From positions 1,792,001 through 1,856,000 of the forward strand of contig CAVSGO010000007.1 of the NCBI GenBank assembly GCA_963727525.1: a stretch of 64,000 bases of DNA, written 5' to 3'. The stretch is from an uncultured bacterium (lineage in GTDB: Bacteria; Krumholzibacteriota; Krumholzibacteriia; LZORAL124-64-63). Below the pieces are notes generated by a model, which saw nothing but the letters and a program-made list of their open reading frames with translations, was not told where the DNA came from and did not search any database. Positions within the stretch are counted from its first letter, which is position 1, and the number at the start of each line of letters is the position of its first letter. A program made the position numbers and the translations under genes. Below, in pieces: positions 48,193-56,696 of this stretch.

Positions 48193-49094
48193 ACCGCAGA
48201 CGCAATGATCGACCCAGGGGCAGCGGCGGCGGTGGTCGCCGACGGCCCGCCAGCGAAGCGGCCAAGCCGGCCCCCGACCTGCGGGTGACCAGCCCGCAGA
48301 ATTCCCAGGTCAAGACCCTCGTGCGCCTGAGGCATCGACGAGAACGCGATCAACTCGGTCTGACCATCATCGAGGAACCGCTCGTCCTGCGCCGGGCCTG
48401 GGAGTCGGGATATCCGCTCAATTCCATCTACTACGCGACCGAGCTGCTCACGCCGCCGGCCGCCGAGCTGCTGGAGGATCTGCGCGCCGCCGTGCGCGCC
48501 GGCCAGAGCAATCTCGAGATGATCGATCTGGCGCCGGGCCTCCTACGCCGGGCGGCCTATCGCGACCAGCCCGAAGGGTTGCTGGCGATCGCGCCCCAGA
48601 AGCGCCTGACGCTGGCCGACCTCACGCTCCGGCCCACCGCCCTGCTCATCGTGGTCGAGAACGTGGAGAAGCCTGGCAACCTCGGCGCTCTCCTGCGCAT
48701 CGCCGACGGCGTGGGCGCCGACGCGGTGCTGGTGGCGGGCGAGGGTACCGACCTCTACAACCCGAACGTGCTGCGCGCCAGCCGGGGATCGTTCTTCTCG
48801 GTCCGGGCAGTGGAATGCGGCGTGGGCGAAGCCCGCGACTTCCTGCATGGCGCCGGCATCAAGGTGCTCGCCGCCACGCCGCACGCGCCGCAAACATATA
48901 CCTCCGCCGACCTCACGGGGCCGCTCGCCGTGGTCCTGGGCGCCGAGCACCGCGGCCTGAGCGAGGCCTGGCTCAAGGACGAGAACTGCGAACCGGTACG
49001 GATCCCCATGCTCGGACGCGGCGACTCCCTGAATCTGGCGACCGCTGCCGCCGTGCTCGTGTACGAGGCCGTGAGGCAGCGGGCAGCCGGTTGA
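48189..49094 (+). CDS. TrmH/SpoU-family RNA methyltransferase
   Basis: EKPGNLGALLR, GAEHRGL, IPM.G..DSLN. Confidence 0.92.
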   Translation: MNRRRNDRPRGSGGGGRRRPASEAAKPAPDLRVTSPQNSQVKTLVRLRHRRERDQLGLTIIEEPLVLRRAWESGYPLNSIYYATELLTPPAAELLEDLRAAVRAGQSNLEMIDLAPGLLRRAAYRDQPEGLLAIAPQKRLTLADLTLRPTALLIVVENVEKPGNLGALLRIADGVGADAVLVAGEGTDLYNPNVLRASRGSFFSVRAVECGVGEARDFLHGAGIKVLAATPHAPQTYTSADLTGPLAVVLGAEHRGLSEAWLKDENCEPVRIPMLGRGDSLNLATAAAVLVYEAVRQRAAG

Positions 49095-49098
49095 GGCG

Positions 49099-50361
49099 AT
49101 GCAGAACACGTTCTACAACGATTTCGACGGTCAGCGCCTCGTCCCCGGCCGGCAGGACTGGCGCACGGTGTTCCGCCGCGATCGCGATCGCCTCATCCAT
49201 AATGCCGCGTTCCGGCGGCTGCAGGCCAAGACTCAGGTCTTCCTCTCCGGCGAGTACGATTTCTACCGCACGCGCCTGACCCACTCGATCGAGGTCTCCC
49301 AGATCGCCGGTTCGATCTGCGGCTGGCTGAATCACAGCTCGCCCCTGCTCGAGCCCGGGTTCACGATCGATCGCGACCTCTGCGAGGCGGCGGCTCTCGC
49401 CCACGACATCGGCCATCCGCCCTTCGGCCATGCGGGCGAGGCCGCCCTGCACGCGTGCATGCGCCGGTATGGCGGCTTCGAGGGCAATGCCCAGACGCTG
49501 CGCCTCATCAGCGAGACGATCTTCACCGCCGGCGATACCCGGCGCGGGCTGAACCCCACCCGCGCCCTGCTCGACGGTGTGCTGAAATACAAGTCGCACT
49601 ACGGCGAGCTTGAAGCGCCCGACCGTCACTTCCTGTACGACGATCAGGCGCGCATCCTGTCCTTTGTCGTCGGCAGCTTGCCCTGGCCGGACGACCTGCC
49701 GGCGGGCGCAGCGCGCAATGGCTTCCGAAGTCTCGAATGCCAGATCATGGACTGGGCCGACGACACGGCGTACTCGCTCAACGACCTCGTCGACGCCGTC
49801 CACGCCGGTTTCGTGACCAGCGCCAAGATCCAGTACTGGGCCGAGCGCCACGCGGGCGACGACGACCGCGCCACGATCGCCGACCTCGTGAAATCCATCG
49901 ACAACGGCACGGTGGAGCGCGCCATGAACGCGCGTATCGGGCGGTTCGTGGAGACCTGCCAGCTCGCCGAGCGCGACGGCTTCCTCGCCGACCTCACCAA
50001 CCGGCATCGGTTCGCGCTGATCGTCGATCCCGTTGCCCGCCGCGAGCAGAAGCTCCTCGCTCGCCTCATCGCCGACCTGGTATTCCGGTCGCCGCAGGTC
50101 TGCCAGCTCGAGCACAAGGGTGAGATGATGCTGCGGCGCCTCTTCGACACGCTGCACGCCGCATACCTCGAACAGCCGCACCCGCACGCCACGCTGCTCT
50201 CGCGGGATTTCGAGCGGGAGATCGCCCGCGACGACCTCGACGGCACCGGCAAGGCCCGCGTGCTCTGCGACTACCTCGCGGGCATGACCGACGGCTTCGC
50301 GAGCCGCATCTACCGGCGCCTCTTCGACCCAGGCTACGGCAGCATCGTCGATCTGGTGTGA
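49099..50361 (+). CDS. dgt: Deoxyguanosinetriphosphate triphosphohydrolase
   Basis: RRLQAKTQVF, RTRLTHS, AHDIGHPPFGH, FEGNAQ, DYLAGMTD. Confidence 0.93.
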   Translation: MQNTFYNDFDGQRLVPGRQDWRTVFRRDRDRLIHNAAFRRLQAKTQVFLSGEYDFYRTRLTHSIEVSQIAGSICGWLNHSSPLLEPGFTIDRDLCEAAALAHDIGHPPFGHAGEAALHACMRRYGGFEGNAQTLRLISETIFTAGDTRRGLNPTRALLDGVLKYKSHYGELEAPDRHFLYDDQARILSFVVGSLPWPDDLPAGAARNGFRSLECQIMDWADDTAYSLNDLVDAVHAGFVTSAKIQYWAERHAGDDDRATIADLVKSIDNGTVERAMNARIGRFVETCQLAERDGFLADLTNRHRFALIVDPVARREQKLLARLIADLVFRSPQVCQLEHKGEMMLRRLFDTLHAAYLEQPHPHATLLSRDFEREIARDDLDGTGKARVLCDYLAGMTDGFASRIYRRLFDPGYGSIVDLV

Positions 50362-50363
50362 CC

Positions 50364-50557
50364 GACTCAGTCCACGTTATTCATGCTATCGCGTAGCGAG
50401 GCGAGTGGAACGGTCTCTGTGAGCGGGATCTCGCAGGGTTTGTGAGGGAGCCGTACCCCCTGGGGTACGGTGACCGAAGCAAACCCGAGAAAGCCCGCTC
50501 ACAGAGACCGTTACGCCGCCGCAGTAGCAATAGTATGAATAAGGTGGACTCAGTCCA
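50364..50557. mobile_element. ~190-bp palindromic MITE/ERIC-like element
   Basis: Nested inverted repeats: 50364-50389/50530-50555 (23 of 26 matches), 50409-50427/50494-50512 (19 of 19), 50451-50459/50462-50470 (9 of 9). GACTCAGTCCA is repeated directly at both ends. Confidence 0.6.
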
Positions 50558-50963
50558 ATTCCACGAGCAACGCGCCTCGAGCCACCAGCTGTCCCGTGGC
50601 CACGTGCAGCGCGGCCACGCGCCCAGCGACGGGTGCCTGCACATCGTTGGCCATCTTCATCGCCTCGAGCACGAGCAGACCCTGACCGCAGGCCACCTGG
50701 TCGCCCGGCGCCACCAGCACGCGCAGGATCGTGCCAGGGATCGCCGCCGTCACGCGACGAGGATCGCGCGGCTGCCACGGCGAGCTGCGCCGCGCCTTCA
50801 CTGTGAGGTGGGTCTCGTAGGCCGTGTCGTCGATGACCAGCACGTCCATTGGCTCTGTCGGCACGGACGAACGCGACCGTCGTCGATCGCGGTGAGCGGT
50901 CGGCGCGGTGGCGGTATCGCGTGACGGGGGTTGCCCGTCCTTTGGCTTCAGTTTGCCTTGCAT
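50550..50963 (-). CDS. Biotin carboxyl carrier protein
   Basis: EAMKM biotinylation motif; GGAGG RBS. Confidence 0.88.
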   Translation of the reverse strand: MQGKLKPKDGQPPSRDTATAPTAHRDRRRSRSSVPTEPMDVLVIDDTAYETHLTVKARRSSPWQPRDPRRVTAAIPGTILRVLVAPGDQVACGQGLLVLEAMKMANDVQAPVAGRVAALHVATGQLVARGALLVELD

Positions 50964-50976
50964 GGTTCCCTCCGGC

Positions 50977-52521
50977 CTAGAACGGCGGCACGCCGTGCTT
51001 GCGCCAGGGCCGGCTCTCCTCCTTGGAGGCCGACACCTGGATCGCGTGCAGCAGGTAATCGCGCGTCTCGTGCGGCTGGATCACCGCATCGATATGACCG
51101 TCGCGGGCCGCGATGTACGGATTGGCGAACTTGTCCTGGTATTCCTTGATCTTCTCCTGGCGCATGCGCTCCGGATCGGCGGCCGCCGTGATCTCCTTGC
51201 GGAAGATGATGTTCGCGGCACCCTCAGGCCCCATCACCGCGATCTCGGCGCACGGCCAGGCGAAAACGAAGTCGGCCCCCAGATGGCGCGAGCACATGGC
51301 GATATAGCCGCCGCCATAGGCCTTGCGAAGGATCACCGTCACCTTGGGCACCGATGCCTCGCTGTAGGCGTACAGCAGCTTGGCGCCGTGGCGGATGACG
51401 CCGGCGTGTTCCTGATCCACCCCAGGCAGGTAGCCCGGTAGGTCGACGAACGTCACCAGCGGAATGCCGAAGGCGTCGCAGAAGCGGATGAAGCGCGCGG
51501 CCTTGTCCGAGGCATCGACGTCGAGCACGCCCGCCAGGTACGCCGGCTGATTGCCGATCACCCCGACGGTTTGCCCGTCGAGGCGCGCGAATCCGACGAT
51601 GATGTTGCGCGCGAAGTGGGCCTGGATCTCAAAGAAATCCGAGTCGTCGCAGACCGCCTGCACCACCTGGCGCACGTCGTAGGGCTTGCGCGGATCGTCG
51701 GGCACGATGCGGTCGATCGCCAGTTGCGGACGCGGCGGTCTGGCGGGATAGGGTTCGGCGCGCTTGCGGTTGTTCCAGGGGATGTAGGTGACGAGCTTCT
51801 GGATCTGCGCGAAGCATTCCGCCTCGCTCTCGGCAAAAAAATGCGCATTGCCCGAGATCTCCGCCTGCACCCGGGCGCCGCCCAGATCCTCCATCGAGAT
51901 TTCTTCACCCAGCACCGTCTTGATGACCTCGGGCCCGGTGATGAACATCTTGGAGATCCTGTCGACCACGAACACGAAATCGGTGAGGGCCGGCGAATAC
52001 ACCGCGCCGCCCGCGCACGGGCCGAGGATCACCGAGATCTGCGGGATCACACCCGACGCGACGGTGTTGCGATAGAAGATCTCACCGTAGCCGGCCAGAG
52101 AGTTCACGCCTTCCTGGATCCGCGCACCACCGGAATCGTTGATGCCGATAAGAGGCACGCCCAGCTTGAGGGCGTGGTCCATGATCTTGGTGATCTTGCG
52201 CGCATGCGCGAGGCCGAGCGACCCCCCGGCCACGGTGAAATCCTGCGCGAAGACACAGATGGGAAAGCCCTGGATCGTGCCCGTGCCGGTGACGACGCCG
52301 TCGCCCGGTAACGACTTTGTGTCCATGCCGAAGTCCTGGCACTTATGCTCCACGAAGAGATCGTACTCGTGGAACGAGCCGTCATCGAGCAGGGCTCGCA
52401 CCCGCTCCCGCGCCGCCAGCTTGCCCTGCTGCTCCTGCTTCTCGAGCGCCTGGGGTCCGCCGCCCTGCATGAGCGTGCGCGTACGATTCAGGAATTCCTG
52501 GATCTTCTGACCGAGCGTCAT
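50977..52521 (-). CDS. Acyl-CoA (propionyl/methylmalonyl-CoA) carboxyltransferase beta subunit
   Basis: GDGVVTG, DSGGARIQEG, GPCAGGAVYSP, RKAYGG, KHGVPPF. Confidence 0.93.
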   Translation of the reverse strand: MTLGQKIQEFLNRTRTLMQGGGPQALEKQEQQGKLAARERVRALLDDGSFHEYDLFVEHKCQDFGMDTKSLPGDGVVTGTGTIQGFPICVFAQDFTVAGGSLGLAHARKITKIMDHALKLGVPLIGINDSGGARIQEGVNSLAGYGEIFYRNTVASGVIPQISVILGPCAGGAVYSPALTDFVFVVDRISKMFITGPEVIKTVLGEEISMEDLGGARVQAEISGNAHFFAESEAECFAQIQKLVTYIPWNNRKRAEPYPARPPRPQLAIDRIVPDDPRKPYDVRQVVQAVCDDSDFFEIQAHFARNIIVGFARLDGQTVGVIGNQPAYLAGVLDVDASDKAARFIRFCDAFGIPLVTFVDLPGYLPGVDQEHAGVIRHGAKLLYAYSEASVPKVTVILRKAYGGGYIAMCSRHLGADFVFAWPCAEIAVMGPEGAANIIFRKEITAAADPERMRQEKIKEYQDKFANPYIAARDGHIDAVIQPHETRDYLLHAIQVSASKEESRPWRKHGVPPF

Positions 52522-52626
52522 CGCATCGACCTCCATGACTGCGCCGCAAGCGCAACGAACCGGTCGATCCCGGGCCGGCCGCAGCGGCGAGTGGCGTCCC
52601 AACGATGGGCGATCGAGGAGCCGGCG

Positions 52627-55116
52627 TCAATGCATGGTGCGGGTGATATCCGAAGAACGTTGCGGTTTACCGAAGTAGAATCCTTGGACTTGTGGACACC
52701 CCAGACGCCGCAGCACGTCGGCTTGCGCCTCGGTCTCCACGCCCTCGGCGATTGCCGCAAGGCCCAGACTCGCGGCCAGGGTGATGATGGTGCCGACCAC
52801 GGCCTCGTCCCGCGCATCGGTCGCGATGTCGGCGACGAGTTCGGCCGCGATCTTCAGACGGTCCACCGGGAGTCGCTTGAGGTAACCGAGCGAGGAGAAC
52901 CCGGTGCCGAAGTTGTCGATGGCCAGGCGCACGCCATCGTCGTGCAGTGCCTGCAGCGTGGTCAACGCCTCCTGGGCATCGTGGAGAAGTGCGGCCTCCG
53001 TCACCTCGAGTTCCAGGAGTTCCGGACGCAGGCCGGTCTCCGCCAGCACGCGGCGCACCAGGTCCACCAGCCCCGGCTCGAGGAACTGGCGGCTGGACAG
53101 GTTCACACCCACGGCGAGGTCGGCGAATCCGAGCGCTTGCCACTCGCGCGCCTGGGCGCAGGCCGTACGCAGGACCCACTCGCCGATCGGCAGGATCGCA
53201 CCGGTCTCCTCGGCCAGGGGCACGAACTGCGCAGGGACTACCGTGCCACGTTCCGGATGGCTCCAGCGCAGCAACGCCTCCGTGCCGCGCAGCACTCCCG
53301 TGGCGAGGTCGTACTGCGGCTGGTACACCAGGGTGAACTCGTGCCGATCCAGCGCCTGGCGCAGCCCTGCTTCCAGCGACATGCGCTCGCGCGCCCGCCG
53401 GTTCATGTCCTCGCTGAAGAACTGGTAGCGATTGCGCCCGCGCGACTTGGCGGCGTACATCGCCATGTCGGCATGCCGGAGTAGGGTACCCACGTCCTGT
53501 CCGTCGTCCGGGAAGACGGCGATGCCGATGCTCGTCGACGTGTACACCTCGTGGCCTTCGAGATCGAATGAGCGCCCCATCGTGCGCTTGATCTTGCGCG
53601 CCACGGTCATGGCTTCGCGGTCGCCGACCGTGGCCGGCAGCAGCAGCACGAACTCGTCGCCGCCCAGCCGGCTCAACGTGTCACCCTTGCGGATGCACGC
53701 GCTCAACCGCGTGGCGATCTGCTTGAGCAGGACGTCGCCCTTGTCATGGCCCAGCGTGTCGTTGACGTCCTTGAAGTTGTCGAGGTCGCAGAAGAGCAGG
53801 GCCACGTGATTGTCGTTGCGACGCGCCGTGTCGAGAGCACGCTGCAATTGCTCGAGGAAGAAGGCGCGATTCGGCAGCCGCGTGAGAGCATCATAGTACG
53901 CGAGCTGCCGGATCTCCTCCTCGTTGCGCTTGCGCTCGCTGATGTCCGTCACCGAGCCGATGTAGCCGGTCAACTCGTCGTAGCTGTCGAAGACGGGCTC
54001 GGCCTGCGCCATCACCCAGGTGGTGAGCCCGCCGGGCCGTTTGAAACGGCACTCCGTGCGGAAGGTGCGGCGCTCGCCCACGGCCACGCGCCAGGCCGAC
54101 TGCACGACATCGCGATCATCCGGATGCACCGCGGCGAACCAGCCGTCGGTGGCGGCGCGCTCGGCCGTGAGGCCGGCGATCTCTCGCCAGCGCCGGTTCA
54201 CGTAGCGGCAGCGCCCCACGGGGTCGCAGCGGAAGATGCCGACCGGCGACGATTCGGCCATGATCTGGTATCGCCGCTCGCTCTCGCGCAGGGCCTCCTC
54301 GGCGAGCTTGCGATCGGTGGCGTCCTGCACCGTGGAGATCATCAGCCCCTGCTCCGGCAGCGGGATGTTGGCAGCGGTGACAATGCGTGTGGTGCCGTCC
54401 TGCCCCGTCACCCGGATGTTGTCCCATTGCATGCGCCGGAATGGCTGCCCCTCGCCCTGATTTTCGAGGTCGCGTCGGATACGCTCGCGATCGCGCGCAT
54501 CCGGGCAGAGGCGCTCGAGGAAGGATTCGCCCGTCTGCAGGCCGCCGTCGATCCAGGTGCCGTAGATCTCCTGGAAGCGCGCGTTGACGAAGCCGACCTT
54601 CGACATGTCGAGAGCATTGACGGCCAGACCGATGGGCAGATTATTGAGGATCGTCTCGATGAAGCGATTGCGGCGGCGCAACTCTCGCTCGAGGGAATGA
54701 TCGCGCTCGGCAAGGTCCAGCAGCACGGCCACGAGCCCGGCCGGCTGACCCTGGGCATCGGCAAGCGCAGCGGGCAACGCGAGCACGCGCACCTCGTCGC
54801 GTCCGGGTCGCGCCACCGTCAGCTCGGCGGGCTCCAGACTCGCGCCCTCACGCAGGCGCACCAGGGCGCCCGCGAGCGTCGCCCGCGTCGTGTCGTCGAG
54901 ACCGGCCGGATCGCGTCCCAGCACCCGTTCGGCATCCACGCCGAGCAGGTCGGCGATCGCCGCATTCCAGCACACCACCCGCCCTTGCAGATCGAGCGCA
55001 CAGACGGCGACCGGGAGCACCTCGACCAGCGGGTGCCGCAGAAAGGTCGCGTCGAGCCCGTTCGGCTCCGTGTGGTCCGGTGCCGATTCCACGGACTGGT
55101 GTCGCTCTGGCTTCAT
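52627..55116 (-). CDS. PAS(x3)-GGDEF-EAL c-di-GMP signalling protein
   Basis: Three PAS-like segments, DLDNFK, RLGGDEF, EALLRW, DNFGTG, EGVET. Confidence 0.93.
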   Translation of the reverse strand: MKPERHQSVESAPDHTEPNGLDATFLRHPLVEVLPVAVCALDLQGRVVCWNAAIADLLGVDAERVLGRDPAGLDDTTRATLAGALVRLREGASLEPAELTVARPGRDEVRVLALPAALADAQGQPAGLVAVLLDLAERDHSLERELRRRNRFIETILNNLPIGLAVNALDMSKVGFVNARFQEIYGTWIDGGLQTGESFLERLCPDARDRERIRRDLENQGEGQPFRRMQWDNIRVTGQDGTTRIVTAANIPLPEQGLMISTVQDATDRKLAEEALRESERRYQIMAESSPVGIFRCDPVGRCRYVNRRWREIAGLTAERAATDGWFAAVHPDDRDVVQSAWRVAVGERRTFRTECRFKRPGGLTTWVMAQAEPVFDSYDELTGYIGSVTDISERKRNEEEIRQLAYYDALTRLPNRAFFLEQLQRALDTARRNDNHVALLFCDLDNFKDVNDTLGHDKGDVLLKQIATRLSACIRKGDTLSRLGGDEFVLLLPATVGDREAMTVARKIKRTMGRSFDLEGHEVYTSTSIGIAVFPDDGQDVGTLLRHADMAMYAAKSRGRNRYQFFSEDMNRRARERMSLEAGLRQALDRHEFTLVYQPQYDLATGVLRGTEALLRWSHPERGTVVPAQFVPLAEETGAILPIGEWVLRTACAQAREWQALGFADLAVGVNLSSRQFLEPGLVDLVRRVLAETGLRPELLELEVTEAALLHDAQEALTTLQALHDDGVRLAIDNFGTGFSSLGYLKRLPVDRLKIAAELVADIATDARDEAVVGTIITLAASLGLAAIAEGVETEAQADVLRRLGCPQVQGFYFGKPQRSSDITRTMH

Positions 55117-55150
55117 CGCAACGGGCCTCCTCCGAGACAGGCGTGCACCG

Positions 55151-56440
55151 TCACTCCCGCCGTTGCAGCACGAGGATGGTGAGGTCGTCGGTAGCCGGTG
55201 TCGAGCCGGCATGGGCCTGCACCGCGTGGACGACATGGTCGACGATGACCCGCGACGGCTGGCCGCACAGGTCCTCCAGGATCTCGCGGATGCGCGCCTC
55301 GCCAAATGGAACGATCTGGTCGTTCTCCATGTCGGGAGCACCATCCGAGAACACAGCGACGAGGTCGCCGACCTCGAGATGGCAAACATCGTCTTCGTAA
55401 GGGACGTTGTCCATGAGCCCCACGACCAGCCCACCCGTGGCCAGCCGCCGCGGCTCGGCACCCGCGGACAGGTGGAAGGGGCGCTCGTGCCCGGCATTGC
55501 AGTACGTCAGCAGATGTGCGCGCGCATCGAGAACGCCGTAGAACAGCGTGGCGAACTTCTCGGTGGCCGTGCAACGAAAGAGCAGGCGATTGCACCAGCT
55601 CAGGCAGTCGCGGCAGGTGCCGTCGCGCAACGCCTGGCCGCGCAGAGTAGCCTGCAGATTGGCCATGAGCAGCGACGCCGGCAGCCCCTTGCCCGAGACG
55701 TCGCCGAGGCAGAACGCCAGGCGATGCGCGTCGATAGGGATGAAGTCGTAGTAGTCGCCGCCGACTACCTCCGCCGGGACGCTGAACCCAGCGATGTCGT
55801 AGCCCGCCAACTCCGGTGTGCTGCGTGGCAGCAAATCCTGCTGGATACGCTCGGCCAGACGCACCTCCTCGCGCAGGCGCACTGCCGCCTTCTCCTCCTC
55901 GAGCAAGCGCGCCGTCTCGAGCACCTGGCCCGACTGCGCCCCGATGATCGAGAGTAGACGCTGGTCCGACGCATCGAAGGCCTGGCCACCGCGCTTGTTG
56001 AACGCGATCAGCACGCCGATGAGACTCGATTTCACGAGTAGCGGCACGCACAGAAGATTGCGCAGCGTCGGCGGGATCTCCACGCCGGCGAGGCGCTGGT
56101 CCTCCGCTGGCTCGTTGCACAAGCATGGTTGCTTGTGATGCAGCATGTAGCCCAGGAGGCTCTGATTCAGGTGGTAGCGCTCCGAGCCCTCGCCCTCGGC
56201 GGCGTACCGCACGAGGGTGCCCGCCGAGACGCGGGCCTCCTCGTCGATCAGCGTGATCGTGGCCTGCTCCGCCGCCACGGCGCGGGCCGATCGATCGACG
56301 ATGATCCGGATGATCTCCTGGGGATCGAAGACCGAGCCGATGGACTGGGCGAGATCGTTCAGGACCGAGAGTTCCTCCACGGCGCGCCGAAGCCGGATGA
56401 TCTCGCCCTGGAGGACCTGTGTCTGCGGGACGTCGCTCAT
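55151..56440 (-). CDS. GAF plus SpoIIE/PP2C (RsbU-like) phosphatase
   Basis: GAF region, IQQDLLP, VGGDYYD, GDVSGKG, NAGH, SDG, DDLT. Confidence 0.92.
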   Translation of the reverse strand: MSDVPQTQVLQGEIIRLRRAVEELSVLNDLAQSIGSVFDPQEIIRIIVDRSARAVAAEQATITLIDEEARVSAGTLVRYAAEGEGSERYHLNQSLLGYMLHHKQPCLCNEPAEDQRLAGVEIPPTLRNLLCVPLLVKSSLIGVLIAFNKRGGQAFDASDQRLLSIIGAQSGQVLETARLLEEEKAAVRLREEVRLAERIQQDLLPRSTPELAGYDIAGFSVPAEVVGGDYYDFIPIDAHRLAFCLGDVSGKGLPASLLMANLQATLRGQALRDGTCRDCLSWCNRLLFRCTATEKFATLFYGVLDARAHLLTYCNAGHERPFHLSAGAEPRRLATGGLVVGLMDNVPYEDDVCHLEVGDLVAVFSDGAPDMENDQIVPFGEARIREILEDLCGQPSRVIVDHVVHAVQAHAGSTPATDDLTILVLQRRE

Positions 56441-56696
56441 AGGCCATTGCTCCCAACAACTTGGCTGCGGCGCAAGCGCGGTGGTCGTGCCGATGATACG
56501 GCGACCACCGGGCGCCCGCAATGCGCTTGGCGTTTCGTTTCCGTTTCTCCGGGTTCACCCGGCGCATCCATAAAGATACCATTTCTTGTTTTCAATCCCG
56601 CACATGCGGTATCATGTGCCCGCTTCATGTGATGGTATAAAATTTTCACCGCTAGCAGGCGGTTCGTCCCGGTCCCCCGCGGAAGGGTGTACGCTC

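Noticed and set aside
49099-50361. dGTPase as an anti-phage defence system
   Set aside because: It sits in a housekeeping nucleoside and RNA metabolism gene run with no neighbouring defence genes.
50364-50557. 6S RNA or another housekeeping ncRNA
   Set aside because: The size and rod shape are similar, but there is no room for a promoter, the ends abut or overlap stop codons, and the terminal direct repeats favour an insertion element.
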